Origin: a bacterium
Lineage (GTDB): Bacteria > Patescibacteriota > Saccharimonadia > CAILAD01 > GCA-016700035
Assembly (NCBI GenBank): GCA_016700035.1
Contig: CP064998.1
Location: forward strand, 135,021 to 199,020
Direction: 5' to 3'
DNA length: 64,000 nucleotides
This document shows positions 1-9,071 of the stretch, one piece after another. The notes beneath the pieces were generated by a model. That model had not been told where the DNA came from and searched no databases. It saw only the letters and a program-made list of their open reading frames with translations. The stretch's first letter is position 1. Every line of letters begins with the position of its first letter. The translations under genes and the position numbers were made by a program.

Positions 1-50
1 TTTTTGGTACACAAATTGATATATTTTTTGCTCAGGCCGGCCTTGCTTTA

Positions 51-341
51 ATGTTGGTGGCAGTACCTCTGTTTATTATTTCAACAATTTTTGTAGATCG
101 CTACAGAAGCGTCCACCCCGATGTTGATACGACTGGTATGAAGAAAATAGCCTACTTCTTTATGGTTTTGGCTGTCTTGAGTGTTATTGGTTCCTTATCA
201 ACAGAGATTTACCTACTAATTACTAATAATATGTATAAAGAGAATGCCTTAGTAATCGCCGCCCCAATAGCGGAATTATTCTTTGCTGGGGCCTATATAT
301 TTTGGCTCTACACTACTGTTTCGGAGGATAGGAAATCATGA
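51..341 (+). CDS. hypothetical small integral membrane protein (two predicted TM helices)
   Basis: ORF track; hydrophobic segments; stop overlaps next ATG (ATGA) suggesting an operon with 338..976. Confidence 0.4.
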   Translation: MLVAVPLFIISTIFVDRYRSVHPDVDTTGMKKIAYFFMVLAVLSVIGSLSTEIYLLITNNMYKENALVIAAPIAELFFAGAYIFWLYTTVSEDRKS

Positions 342-976
342 AGATGGTGCGCTCGACCCACACGATTATTACACTTATAATTGCCAGTATTCTGTCTGTA
401 CTATTTATGGTTGGCTATGCTAACTTAATCAATCCCAATGAAAAGCAAGCTCTCAAATATGACCAGCAGAGAGAGGATGATTTTGAGAAGCTCAAGACGG
501 CCATTCAGGGGTATCATACGAAAAAGTCTAAACTACCCGAGACCCTGGAAGACCTTCAAGAAGAATATGAACGAAACTCTGAGGATAAGGATAGTCTCGA
601 TTCTTTGGGTGGACTCTTGTCTTATCAGTCAGTACCACAGCGTGACCCATATTCTAATCGGCCATACACTTTGAAAGTTGAAAATTCATCTTTAACAAAA
701 TATCAGCTTTGTACCAAATTCTTTAAGGAAAATAAAGGCGACGATGAGGCGGTTGACAAGGGGAGTAGTAAAAGCATTAAGCATGGCTCTGGTGAGCAGT
801 GTATTGATGGTGAAGTAAAAAAGAAAGCTAGCACAAAATCTTTCACACCTTCTATGTATCAGTATAATTCTCGTTCAAATAGCGGGTTGTCGGATGAAGA
901 AGAGCAACAAATGCTAGACGAGCTAGAGCAACAGCAGAATAAGTCTACATCTGGCGATAAATCTAGCTATAATTAG
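338..976 (+). CDS. hypothetical membrane-anchored/secreted protein with low-complexity acidic Gln/Glu-rich C-terminus
   Basis: N-terminal hydrophobic helix, then charged low-complexity region; no recognisable family. Confidence 0.45.
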   Translation: MKMVRSTHTIITLIIASILSVLFMVGYANLINPNEKQALKYDQQREDDFEKLKTAIQGYHTKKSKLPETLEDLQEEYERNSEDKDSLDSLGGLLSYQSVPQRDPYSNRPYTLKVENSSLTKYQLCTKFFKENKGDDEAVDKGSSKSIKHGSGEQCIDGEVKKKASTKSFTPSMYQYNSRSNSGLSDEEEQQMLDELEQQQNKSTSGDKSSYN

Positions 977-1286
977 AGTAGTATTTACATAGCAGATCTT
1001 ATGGTTCTATTGATAACTAAACCAATGCTAACCTTATTTTAATTCACTTATTATATTTATAGCGGTAAAGATTTAGATTATAGATGGTCTTGATTGGTCA
1101 ACTGCTTACTCTATAAAGAGTAATTGTCGATAGCTGGCCTTATAAATTAGGTGTAGCTTCTAGTATTTTTTAAAAAGAGTAAGTGGCTTTAAAAGCCGCA
1201 CTATCTATATCTTAGCCATATAACAGAAGTAGTTAAATGTGTATAATAATGATTAGACTACTAGATTAGAATAGGAAATTGAGACT

Positions 1287-2033
1287 ATGCTAGATGCTCG
1301 TGCGATGCTTGCAAAATTAGATCTTACTGAGGCTGAAATTGATGTATACCTAATGGTATTAAAAGGCGTACAGTCTGCGCGGGAGATAATTAGCGCTACT
1401 ACTCGAAGTCGACCAACTGTCTATTATGCTTTGACTGCACTAGAGAGAAGGGGGCTAATCACCAGATCTGGTAATTCCGAGGAGTATCGTTATCAGGCAG
1501 AGCCACTAACTAGGCTCAAGGCTATCTTGCAAGCCCAAGAAGACACACTGGCGATTACAAGAACTCAACTCGAGGAGTTTATGGCCATACAGCAGGAAGG
1601 CGATAGGCAGCCACAGGTAGTATTTTATGAAGGCTTACAAGCTGTCAGGGGTGTTATTTTAGAATCTTTATATTGTCGTTCAGGTAAAATAGATTCCATT
1701 GTTCCGTCTGATAATTTTTTTTGGCAACTTGGATCAGACTTCGTCGATCAATATACTGAGCTGAACTACACGCTCGGCATATCAACACGTAATCTTTGGG
1801 ATAAGAGCATAAAAAAGGGTGGCTCAGAAGAGTATTATCGGAAAACAGAGACACGTATATTGCCAGATAGCATGAGAGATAAATTTAATACTACAGTATT
1901 CATCTATGATGATTTAGTGCTCAATATTTTACCCAGGGCAAGTGGCTATGCATTTGTGGTGCGCTCTCGCGAGCACAGTGAGATGATGCGGGTGTTTTAT
2001 GAGACTCTCTGGGGTTTAGGGAAGAGTTATTGA
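1287..2033 (+). CDS. TrmB-family winged-helix transcriptional regulator
   Basis: N-terminus LDLTEAEIDVYLMVLKGVQSAREI...RPTVYYALTALERRGLI matches the TrmB HTH pattern; C-terminal TrmB-like domain. Confidence 0.6.
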   Translation: MLDARAMLAKLDLTEAEIDVYLMVLKGVQSAREIISATTRSRPTVYYALTALERRGLITRSGNSEEYRYQAEPLTRLKAILQAQEDTLAITRTQLEEFMAIQQEGDRQPQVVFYEGLQAVRGVILESLYCRSGKIDSIVPSDNFFWQLGSDFVDQYTELNYTLGISTRNLWDKSIKKGGSEEYYRKTETRILPDSMRDKFNTTVFIYDDLVLNILPRASGYAFVVRSREHSEMMRVFYETLWGLGKSY

Positions 2034-2147
2034 GTTATAAAAAGTCTCGAGACGTGTATCTCGAGTGAATGGCCAGCAAGTGGTCGACTTTAAGTGTCTG
2101 CATCGCGTAGTACGCTGTCATCAGTGCTGGTGAAAGGCTTGTCCATA

Positions 2148-2444
2148 TTACCTGAAAGGGTCAATGGTTTCGACGAAGCCCATGTTTTCTAGCTCATACA
2201 GGCAGTCCAGTAAACCTGGGAGAATCTCTTCGCCCACTAGTTCGATGACTACATTCCCGTTTATTGGGTGAAATGTTACAGACTTTATAGGGACATCCAC
2301 CTCTGTAAAGATGTCTGCTGCAAGGCCAAGATCAATGGTTTCACCCTTATTGGGGAGGCGAGGCCAGGGGCACGTCTCGTAGTGGCGTACAAAGTCTCTG
2401 TCGTCTCCACCCTGGATATGGAGAGTAACGAGTAATGTGATCAT
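2148..2444 (-). CDS. hypothetical protein
   Basis: ORF only; no recognisable motif. Confidence 0.3.
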   Translation of the reverse strand: MITLLVTLHIQGGDDRDFVRHYETCPWPRLPNKGETIDLGLAADIFTEVDVPIKSVTFHPINGNVVIELVGEEILPGLLDCLYELENMGFVETIDPFR

Positions 2445-2688
2445 GTCAGGTACCTCTACTTCCTTGGGAGTAGGTCTGTTGAAATATAATCTCTATAAGA
2501 GGTCAATAATTTCATACTAATCACTATGATTTGGTGATTATATATTACGGTCTTAGTAAGTAAAGATAGGACTTATTTTTGATTAGTATACAAAAAAGGC
2601 CCCGGAGGCTCTTCCGGCATACTCAAAGTATGTTTGATAGGAAGAAGCTACCAGGACGTAGCGAGCGTAGAGCTCTATGGAGTTAAGC

Positions 2689-3120
2689 CTAGATATCTTG
2701 AATTGGTGATACACGTAGCCTCCCGTCACCAAATTCGAATCTCAATCGGCAGAGTTGTTCTATGGTGTCCCGCGCTTCATGGCTAATACCTCTCTCTGCC
2801 AAGTGTTGGGTATAGAACTTGATCTGACCGTATGGGGTGGTTGCGTAATATTTATGTCCTTGCTTGGCGACTGCCCAGGTTGCTCGGTCATCTATTGGCA
2901 TACCTGCAAGGTCTTCAGGGTGGACTCCACCACAGTAGGAGCACTGTCGATATGGCTTGTTATCTCGAATCTGCCACTGCCAGTCTTCGATGTGTACCGG
3001 TTGATCCACGGTGGACGGATAGTAGGTGCTGTACCATTCGCTCCAGCTCATGTCATCTCCTTTCGGGAGTGATGGTTTGTTGAGTAGGATCTGAAAAAGC
3101 ATTAGATACAATAACATCAT
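2689..3120 (-). CDS. hypothetical protein (CSYCGG motif)
   Basis: ORF only; longer than the overlapping + strand ORFs. Confidence 0.3.
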   Translation of the reverse strand: MMLLYLMLFQILLNKPSLPKGDDMSWSEWYSTYYPSTVDQPVHIEDWQWQIRDNKPYRQCSYCGGVHPEDLAGMPIDDRATWAVAKQGHKYYATTPYGQIKFYTQHLAERGISHEARDTIEQLCRLRFEFGDGRLRVSPIQDI

Positions 3121-3344
3121 TCTAATATATAGTCAATAAAAGAGATTCCTCACGAAGGATCAAAGATTAGTTATATGGCGGGCGAAGGCTGGATAGTAGC
3201 AGATCCTTTTCGAGCTTAAGCTTACTTTAAGTAAACTGCCACAATGGCTTTGGCTACCCTGTACCAAATCTCTGGCTTCATCCTTTGAGTAATCTCATTA
3301 GGCATAAAACAAAACCACCCATAGCAGGTGGCTTTCCTATACTG

Positions 3345-3363
3345 TTGGCGGGCCCGACCGGAT
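3345..3363. repeat. 19-bp direct repeat copy 1 (ttggcgggcccgaccggat), identical to the tRNA-Asp 3' end; preceded by ccacc hairpin
   Basis: exact 19/19 match to 3504..3522; the same hairpin+spacer+repeat unit is present twice. Confidence 0.6.
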
Positions 3364-3503
3364 GAACGCTTTACTACTATCTGCGCACCATGCTCGGAGC
3401 GAGCTCCTGTGCGTGGTGCTTGCTATCGAACCGCGGTTTCGAATCACGAGTTGAAACTCGTCCAATAATAAAAATAACCACCTAAAGGTGGCAATCTTTA
3501 TTA

Positions 3504-3522
3504 TTGGCGGGCCCGACCGGAT
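3504..3522. repeat. 19-bp direct repeat copy 2 = genuine 3' end (T-stem 3' strand + acceptor + CCA) of tRNA-Asp
   Basis: see copy 1. Confidence 0.6.
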
Positions 3523-3581
3523 TCGAACCGGCGATCTCCTCCGTGACAGGGAGGCATGTTAGGCCTCTACACCACGGGCCC
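3505..3581 (-). tRNA. tRNA-Asp (anticodon GTC), CCA encoded
   Basis: manual cloverleaf: acceptor GGGCCCG/CGGGCCC, anticodon arm CCTCC-CTGTCAC-GGAGG, T-arm GCCGG-TTCGAAT-CCGGT; followed on minus strand by hairpin ccacc-ttta-ggtgg + T-run (terminator). Confidence 0.85.
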
Positions 3582-3871
3582 ACAGGGCAACTCGGATATT
3601 TTAGCATTTTTATGGTATAAGTTCAATGTTTTAAGTAAGCCAAGAGTTAATGTAAGGGGTCAGATAAATATGTGTCGCACATTTTTGTGAGAAGGATATA
3701 TTGAACACAATTTGCCAAACATTGAATCATAAATAGTATGAATAAATATAGAAATAAAAATGACTACATAATTTATACAAAAGTCTGGATAGTTATTCCA
3801 TTCAGACATAGTTCCCTTGAAGTAGGAGTCTGGATATGGAGTGAATTACTCTTATTGTCTATATCATTTAA

Positions 3872-3900
3872 TTGAGGTTGATAGTTTTGTGTGCTACAAT
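3872..3900 (+). promoter_or_regulatory. sigma70-like promoter for the tRNA-Gly/tRNA-Thr pair (TTGAGG-17-TACAAT)
   Basis: -35/-10 hexamers with 17-bp spacer about 28 nt upstream of tRNA-Gly. Confidence 0.45.
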
Positions 3901-3927
3901 TTTGGCGTTCTTATATCTGGGCAGCAG

Positions 3928-4001
3928 GCGGGTATCGTTTAATGGCAGGATGCGACCTTCCCAAGGTTGAGACACGGGTTCGATTCCCGTTACCCGCTCC
4001 A
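3928..4001 (+). tRNA. tRNA-Gly (anticodon CCC)
   Basis: acceptor GCGGGTA/TACCCGC, anticodon arm CGACC-TTCCCAA-GGTTG, T-arm ACGGG-TTCGATT-CCCGT, CCA encoded. Confidence 0.85.
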
Positions 4002-4015
4002 TAAACTATAGTTTT

Positions 4016-4092
4016 GCCGATGTAGCTCAGCTGGCCAGAGCAATGCTTTCGTAAAGCAGAGGTCGGCGGTTCAAATCCGCCCATCGGCTCCA
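4016..4092 (+). tRNA. tRNA-Thr (anticodon CGT), discriminator U
   Basis: acceptor GCCGATG/CATCGGC, D-arm GCTC..GAGC, anticodon loop TTCGTAA, T-arm GGCGG-TTCAAAT-CCGCC, CCA encoded. Confidence 0.8.
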
Positions 4093-4174
4093 GATATGCA
4101 GTCTGTCTAATTATTTTTATCAGATTTAAAGGTCGTTTTCTTTAGGTAGGATTGGTATACTACAAAGTATATTT

Positions 4175-4561
4175 ATGGTGCGTGAATTACAAAAGAAGCA
4201 ACTCCTCAAGGGTGAGTTCTGGCAGAATAACTGGCTAGTTGCCATGGTTGTACTATTAGTATTATTAAATCTTGCAATGACTATTATGGTTATATATCAA
4301 GTTAGACAGGTAAATTCGCCGGTTCCTATCAGGTTTACTAGCTTTGTAAATTTTGATAAGCTTGGGGGCTGGACCACTTTTTATTTAATGCCAGCTACAA
4401 GTTGGCTCGTGACGTTAATAAATGTTTATTTAGCCCAAATAGTATATAAACGTAGCCGTATTACAAGTGTAGTGATGATGGTGGCAACATTGGTTATGGT
4501 GTTGTTGGTATTTCAGACTACAGCTTATTTTATTGGAGTGAGCTATGGCTCGGGTCAATAG
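4175..4561 (+). CDS. hypothetical polytopic membrane protein (first gene of glycan locus I)
   Basis: about 4 hydrophobic helices; overlaps the start of the GT2 gene. Confidence 0.5.
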   Translation: MVRELQKKQLLKGEFWQNNWLVAMVVLLVLLNLAMTIMVIYQVRQVNSPVPIRFTSFVNFDKLGGWTTFYLMPATSWLVTLINVYLAQIVYKRSRITSVVMMVATLVMVLLVFQTTAYFIGVSYGSGQ

Positions 4562-6236
4562 TCTTTCTGGGTCTAACATAGAAGTATCGCATAGGTTGGT
4601 ACGGATTTTTGAAATATTACCAGGCTTGGCAACATGGATAACCATTTTTTTACCAATCGTTCTTTCGATTTATGCCCCCGTGGTGGTTGCATACTTTATT
4701 ATTGCCTTTGATCTTTTTTGGTTGATGAAATCATTTCGTATGAGCTCAGCTTTATTGGTGGGGCATAGGAGGCTACGAATTGCTACTCAGCTAGATTGGG
4801 TGGCACGATTAAAGCACCTGGAAACTATGATGGATGGAGGTGGAGTTCAGGAGGTGGAGCAGGCCATTGTTGAAGGTAAGCGAGAACAGAGTTTTTTCTG
4901 GTATTTTTCTCGAGTAGGTAGACGAAAACATGAGAAACTACAACAGCTTCAGGTAGAGCTGGATAATCTACGCAATACGGGAGTATTTCAAAAGACAATA
5001 AAGCCTTCAGATGTTATACATGTAGTAATTTTAGCAACGTATAATGAAACATTAGAAACATTAAGGCCGTCACTTGAGGCGCTTGCTCAGGTTAATTATG
5101 ATTTAAGTAAGATTTGGTTGGTTATTGCACACGAAGAACGGGGTGGTGATGTGGATCGTGAGCGTATTGCGACTTTAAAACAAGAATTTGATGGTAAATT
5201 TGCCCGACTCATGAGCTTTGAACATCCAGATGGTATTGTTGGTGAAGAAAAGGGTAAGGGGGCTAACATTACCTATGCTGGACGACAGGTCTTAAAAGCT
5301 ATAAGAAAAGATAAAATCAATATAAAGAGTGTAGTTATTACAACACTAGATGCAGATCATCGTCCTGATCCAGAATATTTTAATCATCTTACTTATTCAT
5401 TTGTCACATCGGAAACACCTAAGCATTATTCATATCAACCAATTCCAATGTTCTTTAATAATATTTGGCATGTACCAGCACCAATGAGAGTGATTGCAAC
5501 TGGTAATTCTTTCTGGGTAATAATCAATTCGGTGCGCCCACATCTTTTGCGTAATTTCGCCAGCCATTCACAGCCCTTGGAGGCACTTGTAGATACGGAC
5601 TTTTGGGCAACTTGGTCGGTGGTGGAAGATGGGCATCAATATTGGCGGAGTTACTATCGTTATAATGGACAATATCGAGTTGAGCCAATATATGCTCCAA
5701 TTTATCAGGATGCAACATTGGCATCGGGTTATTTTAAGACTTTTAAAAATCAATACTTACAGATGAGGCGTTGGGCTTATGGAGTGTCGGACGTACCATA
5801 TGTGGCCATTCAAAATATGCGACACCCTAAAATACCAAAAAGCTCACGGACTGTTCATTTTTGGCGCCTTTTTGAAGGGCACTTCTCCTGGGCAACCGCT
5901 CCATTAATATTAACCTTCGTTGCTTGGATGCCACTATTTTTGAATGCCAGCTTTAAATACAGCGTATTAGCGCATCAGTTGCCAATTATTGCCTCGCAGA
6001 TTATGACAATTGCCATGGTTGGCTTATTCCTTACTATCTGGCTTTCAATTATTTCACTACCGCAGAGACCTAAGAGTAAGAAAAAAATTCACGGTTTATT
6101 CATGATCTTACAGTGGGCACTGCTACCAATCGTGGCGCTTGGGTTTGGAGCTTTGGCTGCAATTGATGCGCAAACACGCTTGATGCTTGGTAAGTATCTT
6201 GGCTTTCGTGTTACCGAAAAGGCGGTTAAAGAATGA
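4545..6236 (+). CDS. membrane-embedded family-2 glycosyltransferase, processive-synthase-like (DxD and QxxRW motifs)
   Basis: VVILATYNE..., TLDADHRPD (DxD), LQMRRWAYG (Q-x-x-R-W), N- and C-terminal TM helices as in cellulose/chitin-synthase-like GT2. Confidence 0.75.
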   Translation: MARVNSLSGSNIEVSHRLVRIFEILPGLATWITIFLPIVLSIYAPVVVAYFIIAFDLFWLMKSFRMSSALLVGHRRLRIATQLDWVARLKHLETMMDGGGVQEVEQAIVEGKREQSFFWYFSRVGRRKHEKLQQLQVELDNLRNTGVFQKTIKPSDVIHVVILATYNETLETLRPSLEALAQVNYDLSKIWLVIAHEERGGDVDRERIATLKQEFDGKFARLMSFEHPDGIVGEEKGKGANITYAGRQVLKAIRKDKINIKSVVITTLDADHRPDPEYFNHLTYSFVTSETPKHYSYQPIPMFFNNIWHVPAPMRVIATGNSFWVIINSVRPHLLRNFASHSQPLEALVDTDFWATWSVVEDGHQYWRSYYRYNGQYRVEPIYAPIYQDATLASGYFKTFKNQYLQMRRWAYGVSDVPYVAIQNMRHPKIPKSSRTVHFWRLFEGHFSWATAPLILTFVAWMPLFLNASFKYSVLAHQLPIIASQIMTIAMVGLFLTIWLSIISLPQRPKSKKKIHGLFMILQWALLPIVALGFGALAAIDAQTRLMLGKYLGFRVTEKAVKE

Positions 6237-7285
6237 CTTGGACTTATATAGTTGTGTTTTTACTGAGTCTTTTTTCTGCCCTTGTTCTTACACCTTTGGT
6301 AATTAGGCTGGCGATACGTATTGGTGCAGTTGATAACCCTAGTGAGGCTACTCGCAAGATCCACGAGAGAATAATGCCACGTGCAGGTGGGATTGTAATT
6401 GCTGGTATCTTTGTAGTGTTGAGCTTAATATTTACTCCTGGTTCGCCAACGGCAGCTTACTGGGGTGCATTGCTGGCGAGTGTAGTAGTTTTTGTTGTTG
6501 GTCTTATAGATGATGTTAGGCGTCTTAGCCCTTGGGTTAAGCTTGTTGCTCAAATTACAGCATCTTTGATTGCGATTTTTATGTTTGGAGTAGGGGTTGA
6601 GGTAATCTCTAATCCACTAGGGCAGCAGTTTGATTTAGGTAAGACCATAGTCGAGATAGGCAATGTAGCCATACCGATTATTTCAGTAATGTTTAGTCTG
6701 GTTTGGATGGTTGGAATGACAAATACTATGAACTTTTTAGATGGCCTAGACGGTCTAGCTACAGGAGTTGGAGGGATTGCAGCACTTATTTTGTTCTTAG
6801 TTTCGATAAACCCTCGGATTGATCAGCCAGCAACTGCCGTGATGGCATTGATTTTGCTCGGTGCTTGCTTGGGCTTCTTACGATATAATTTTTATCCTGC
6901 TAAGATTTTTCTTGGAGACAGTGGGGCGTATTTTCTAGGTATGATGCTGGGTAGTCTGGCGATTATCTCGGGGGCTAAGTTAGCTACAGCACTTTTGGTG
7001 CTTGGAGTGCCGGTCATTGATGCGCTTTGGTCTGTAGTGCGACGCTTAGCTCATGGTAAATCACCTTTTTCAGCGGATCGTGGTCATTTTCACTACATAT
7101 TATTAGACGCGGGGCTTAGTCAACGTCAAGCGGTACTCTTAATCTATGCACTTTCATTAGCCTTTGGTTTATTCGCATTATTGGGCAGTGGCCTAGAAAA
7201 ATTATTGGCACTTATTGTCTTAATTTTTGTAGTAGCGCTACTGATGATAACATTTACGTTAACTCGTAAGCGCCATAAAGCGTAG
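6233..7285 (+). CDS. polyprenyl-phosphate N-acetylhexosamine-1-phosphate transferase (MraY/WecA/TagO family)
   Basis: 10-11 TM helices; motifs NPSEATRKIHERIMPRAGG and NTMNFLDGLDGLA typical of the family; ATGA overlap with upstream GT2. Confidence 0.8.
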   Translation: MTWTYIVVFLLSLFSALVLTPLVIRLAIRIGAVDNPSEATRKIHERIMPRAGGIVIAGIFVVLSLIFTPGSPTAAYWGALLASVVVFVVGLIDDVRRLSPWVKLVAQITASLIAIFMFGVGVEVISNPLGQQFDLGKTIVEIGNVAIPIISVMFSLVWMVGMTNTMNFLDGLDGLATGVGGIAALILFLVSINPRIDQPATAVMALILLGACLGFLRYNFYPAKIFLGDSGAYFLGMMLGSLAIISGAKLATALLVLGVPVIDALWSVVRRLAHGKSPFSADRGHFHYILLDAGLSQRQAVLLIYALSLAFGLFALLGSGLEKLLALIVLIFVVALLMITFTLTRKRHKA

Positions 7286-7355
7286 GGTATATCTGGTAAC
7301 AGATTGACTAATTGGGGTTATTTTAAGTAGAATAAGGGGCGAAGAGGGAGTACCA

Positions 7356-7700
7356 TTGAATCCAAAGGCATTAAATGAACTGATTAATAACTTGCGTGTG
7401 TTTTATCACTGCCCTTCGTGCAGTGCTGAATATCAGGCAGATGATATCAGGTTTCTTGGCAAGGTAGATCAGCATTGTTTTATGCAGCTAAATTGCCAAA
7501 AGTGTTCTTTGCCAGTTTTGGCGACTGTCCTAATGGGGCATACAGTCAATTCTAAAAATAAGCGTAATCGTCGTAAGGTTGGAAAGTCTTCACTAGGTAT
7601 GGACACTTCACGTCGTGAGAGGGCACAGTTTCAGCAGCGAGGCGCTATCACGGCATCTGAAATAGCTGATTTTTATAGCTTTTTGAACTCACAGGATTAA
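7356..7700 (+). CDS. hypothetical zinc-ribbon protein (two CxxC pairs)
   Basis: CPSC...CQKC; basic C-terminus. Confidence 0.4.
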   Translation: MNPKALNELINNLRVFYHCPSCSAEYQADDIRFLGKVDQHCFMQLNCQKCSLPVLATVLMGHTVNSKNKRNRRKVGKSSLGMDTSRRERAQFQQRGAITASEIADFYSFLNSQD

Positions 7701-7758
7701 GTTTTAGTCAGTAGATTAAGTGGTACTCTTATTCAAGCGAGAAAGTTAAGGAGAAAAT

Positions 7759-8418
7759 ATGGATATTATAAAGCTTCAAGTAGATAGTCGAACGGATCTT
7801 GGCAAAAAGGCTAAGCAGGTTCGTGCTACAGGTCAAGTACCAGGGGTAGTCTACGGCCGCAGTCAAGAGAGCCAGTCGATTGCTGTTGATGGGCTAGTTT
7901 TTAGTAAGATATATCATCAAGCCGGTCATTCAGGATTGATTGAATTGTCGGTTGGGGAGGCTAAGCCAGTTAATGTCTTAATTCATGATGTCCAGACTAA
8001 TCATTTGGGGCGTCCCATCCACGTTGATTTTTATCAGGTAAAGATGGATGAACTAATTCGGACGGAAGTACCATTACGGCTGGTTGGCGATGCTCCAGGT
8101 GCCTTTAACTTAGGTGGTTCGCTTGTACAGGCATTGGAAGAGGTTGAAGTGGAGGCTTTGCCGGCTAATTTACCAAGTGCCATCGAGATAGATGTATCAG
8201 TACTCGAAGAGTTAGAAAGTAGTTTAAGCGTAGCCGATCTTAAGGCTCCAGATAAAGTGACTATTTTGACAGATGGGCATGAAATGGTGTGTAAGATTGA
8301 ATCACCGCGCTCCGAAGAAGAGATGGCTGAGCTAGATGCCGAAATGGGTGAAGAAGTAGCGCCTGAAGATGCTGAAGCTGACAGTGCAGATAGTGTGGAA
8401 GAGCAAACGGCAGAATAA
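7759..8418 (+). CDS. rplY: 50S ribosomal protein L25 / general stress protein Ctc, with acidic C-terminal extension
   Basis: N-terminus MDIIKLQVDSRTDLGKKAKQVRATGQVPGVVYG is the L25 signature. Confidence 0.85.
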   Translation: MDIIKLQVDSRTDLGKKAKQVRATGQVPGVVYGRSQESQSIAVDGLVFSKIYHQAGHSGLIELSVGEAKPVNVLIHDVQTNHLGRPIHVDFYQVKMDELIRTEVPLRLVGDAPGAFNLGGSLVQALEEVEVEALPANLPSAIEIDVSVLEELESSLSVADLKAPDKVTILTDGHEMVCKIESPRSEEEMAELDAEMGEEVAPEDAEADSADSVEEQTAE

Positions 8419-8441
8419 ACATAAAAGAGCCTCAACTCTAT

Positions 8442-8469
8442 AAAAAGACCCCGTACTGGGGTCTTTTTT
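8442..8469. terminator. bidirectional intrinsic terminator (aaaaaGACCCC-gtact-GGGGTCtttttt)
   Basis: GC stem flanked by A-run and T-run between convergent rplY and nrdR. Confidence 0.6.
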
Positions 8470-8530
8470 AGTTATATAGATACTTATTAATATACACATA
8501 ACTTATGCTATAACATGAGTTATGTGTATA

Positions 8531-8971
8531 TTAATATTTTTTAATCTCCGCCTTCAAATCTGATTTATTACGAAAATTCATATGAAGGGCCATATAGCGC
8601 ATAAAGGCGTTCATATCGATTGACTTAAGAGTCTCTAAGCAAAGGCGACGAATAAGGTCGGCTTCAATTTCATCTTGTCCACGAATAATAATCTTTTGCT
8701 CGATAGTATCCACAAGATTATCAACATCTATATCAGTAAGATGTTCGGCATCGAGTACTCGGAGAATTGAAATAAATAAAACCGAGCGGCGATAGGGGGA
8801 GGTTTTACTGCTGCTCACCACCTGAATGAATGATAAATCTTGCCGCTCGTAAGTCGTTATGACCTTGCCACAGTCCGCACATCGACGTCTGCGCCATATC
8901 TGGCTACCACCTCGTGTCGAGCGCGTGTTTACCACCTCACTGTGGGGTGACCTGCATTTCATGCAAATCAT
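8531..8971 (-). CDS. nrdR: transcriptional repressor NrdR (zinc ribbon + ATP-cone)
   Basis: MICMKCRSPHSEVVNTRSTRGGSQIWRRRRCADCGKVITTYE matches NrdR N-terminus; about 146 aa. Confidence 0.8.
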   Translation of the reverse strand: MICMKCRSPHSEVVNTRSTRGGSQIWRRRRCADCGKVITTYERQDLSFIQVVSSSKTSPYRRSVLFISILRVLDAEHLTDIDVDNLVDTIEQKIIIRGQDEIEADLIRRLCLETLKSIDMNAFMRYMALHMNFRNKSDLKAEIKKY

Positions 8972-9071
8972 GTCTATATATTGTCATATCTCTGGTGGTT
9001 AGGGCAAGTGGATAACTAAAAAAAGTTGTGGATAACTAGGATTTCTTGAATTAGTAAAGAGCTGTCGATAG

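Noticed and set aside
438-674. 78-aa ORF in an alternative frame inside 338..976
   Set aside because: Fully nested in a longer ORF; Arg-rich composition typical of an out-of-frame artefact.
2755-3083. Two + strand ORFs (105 and 83 aa) overlapping the minus-strand ORF 2689..3120
   Set aside because: Shorter and Arg/Cys/Trp-rich; the minus-strand ORF was kept as the (low-confidence) call, but none has functional support.
3345-3430. Possible second tRNA gene upstream of tRNA-Asp
   Set aside because: Only the last 19 nt of a tRNA are present; no 5' acceptor, D or anticodon arms could be folded. Treated as a duplicated tRNA 3' end (att-like) rather than a tRNA.
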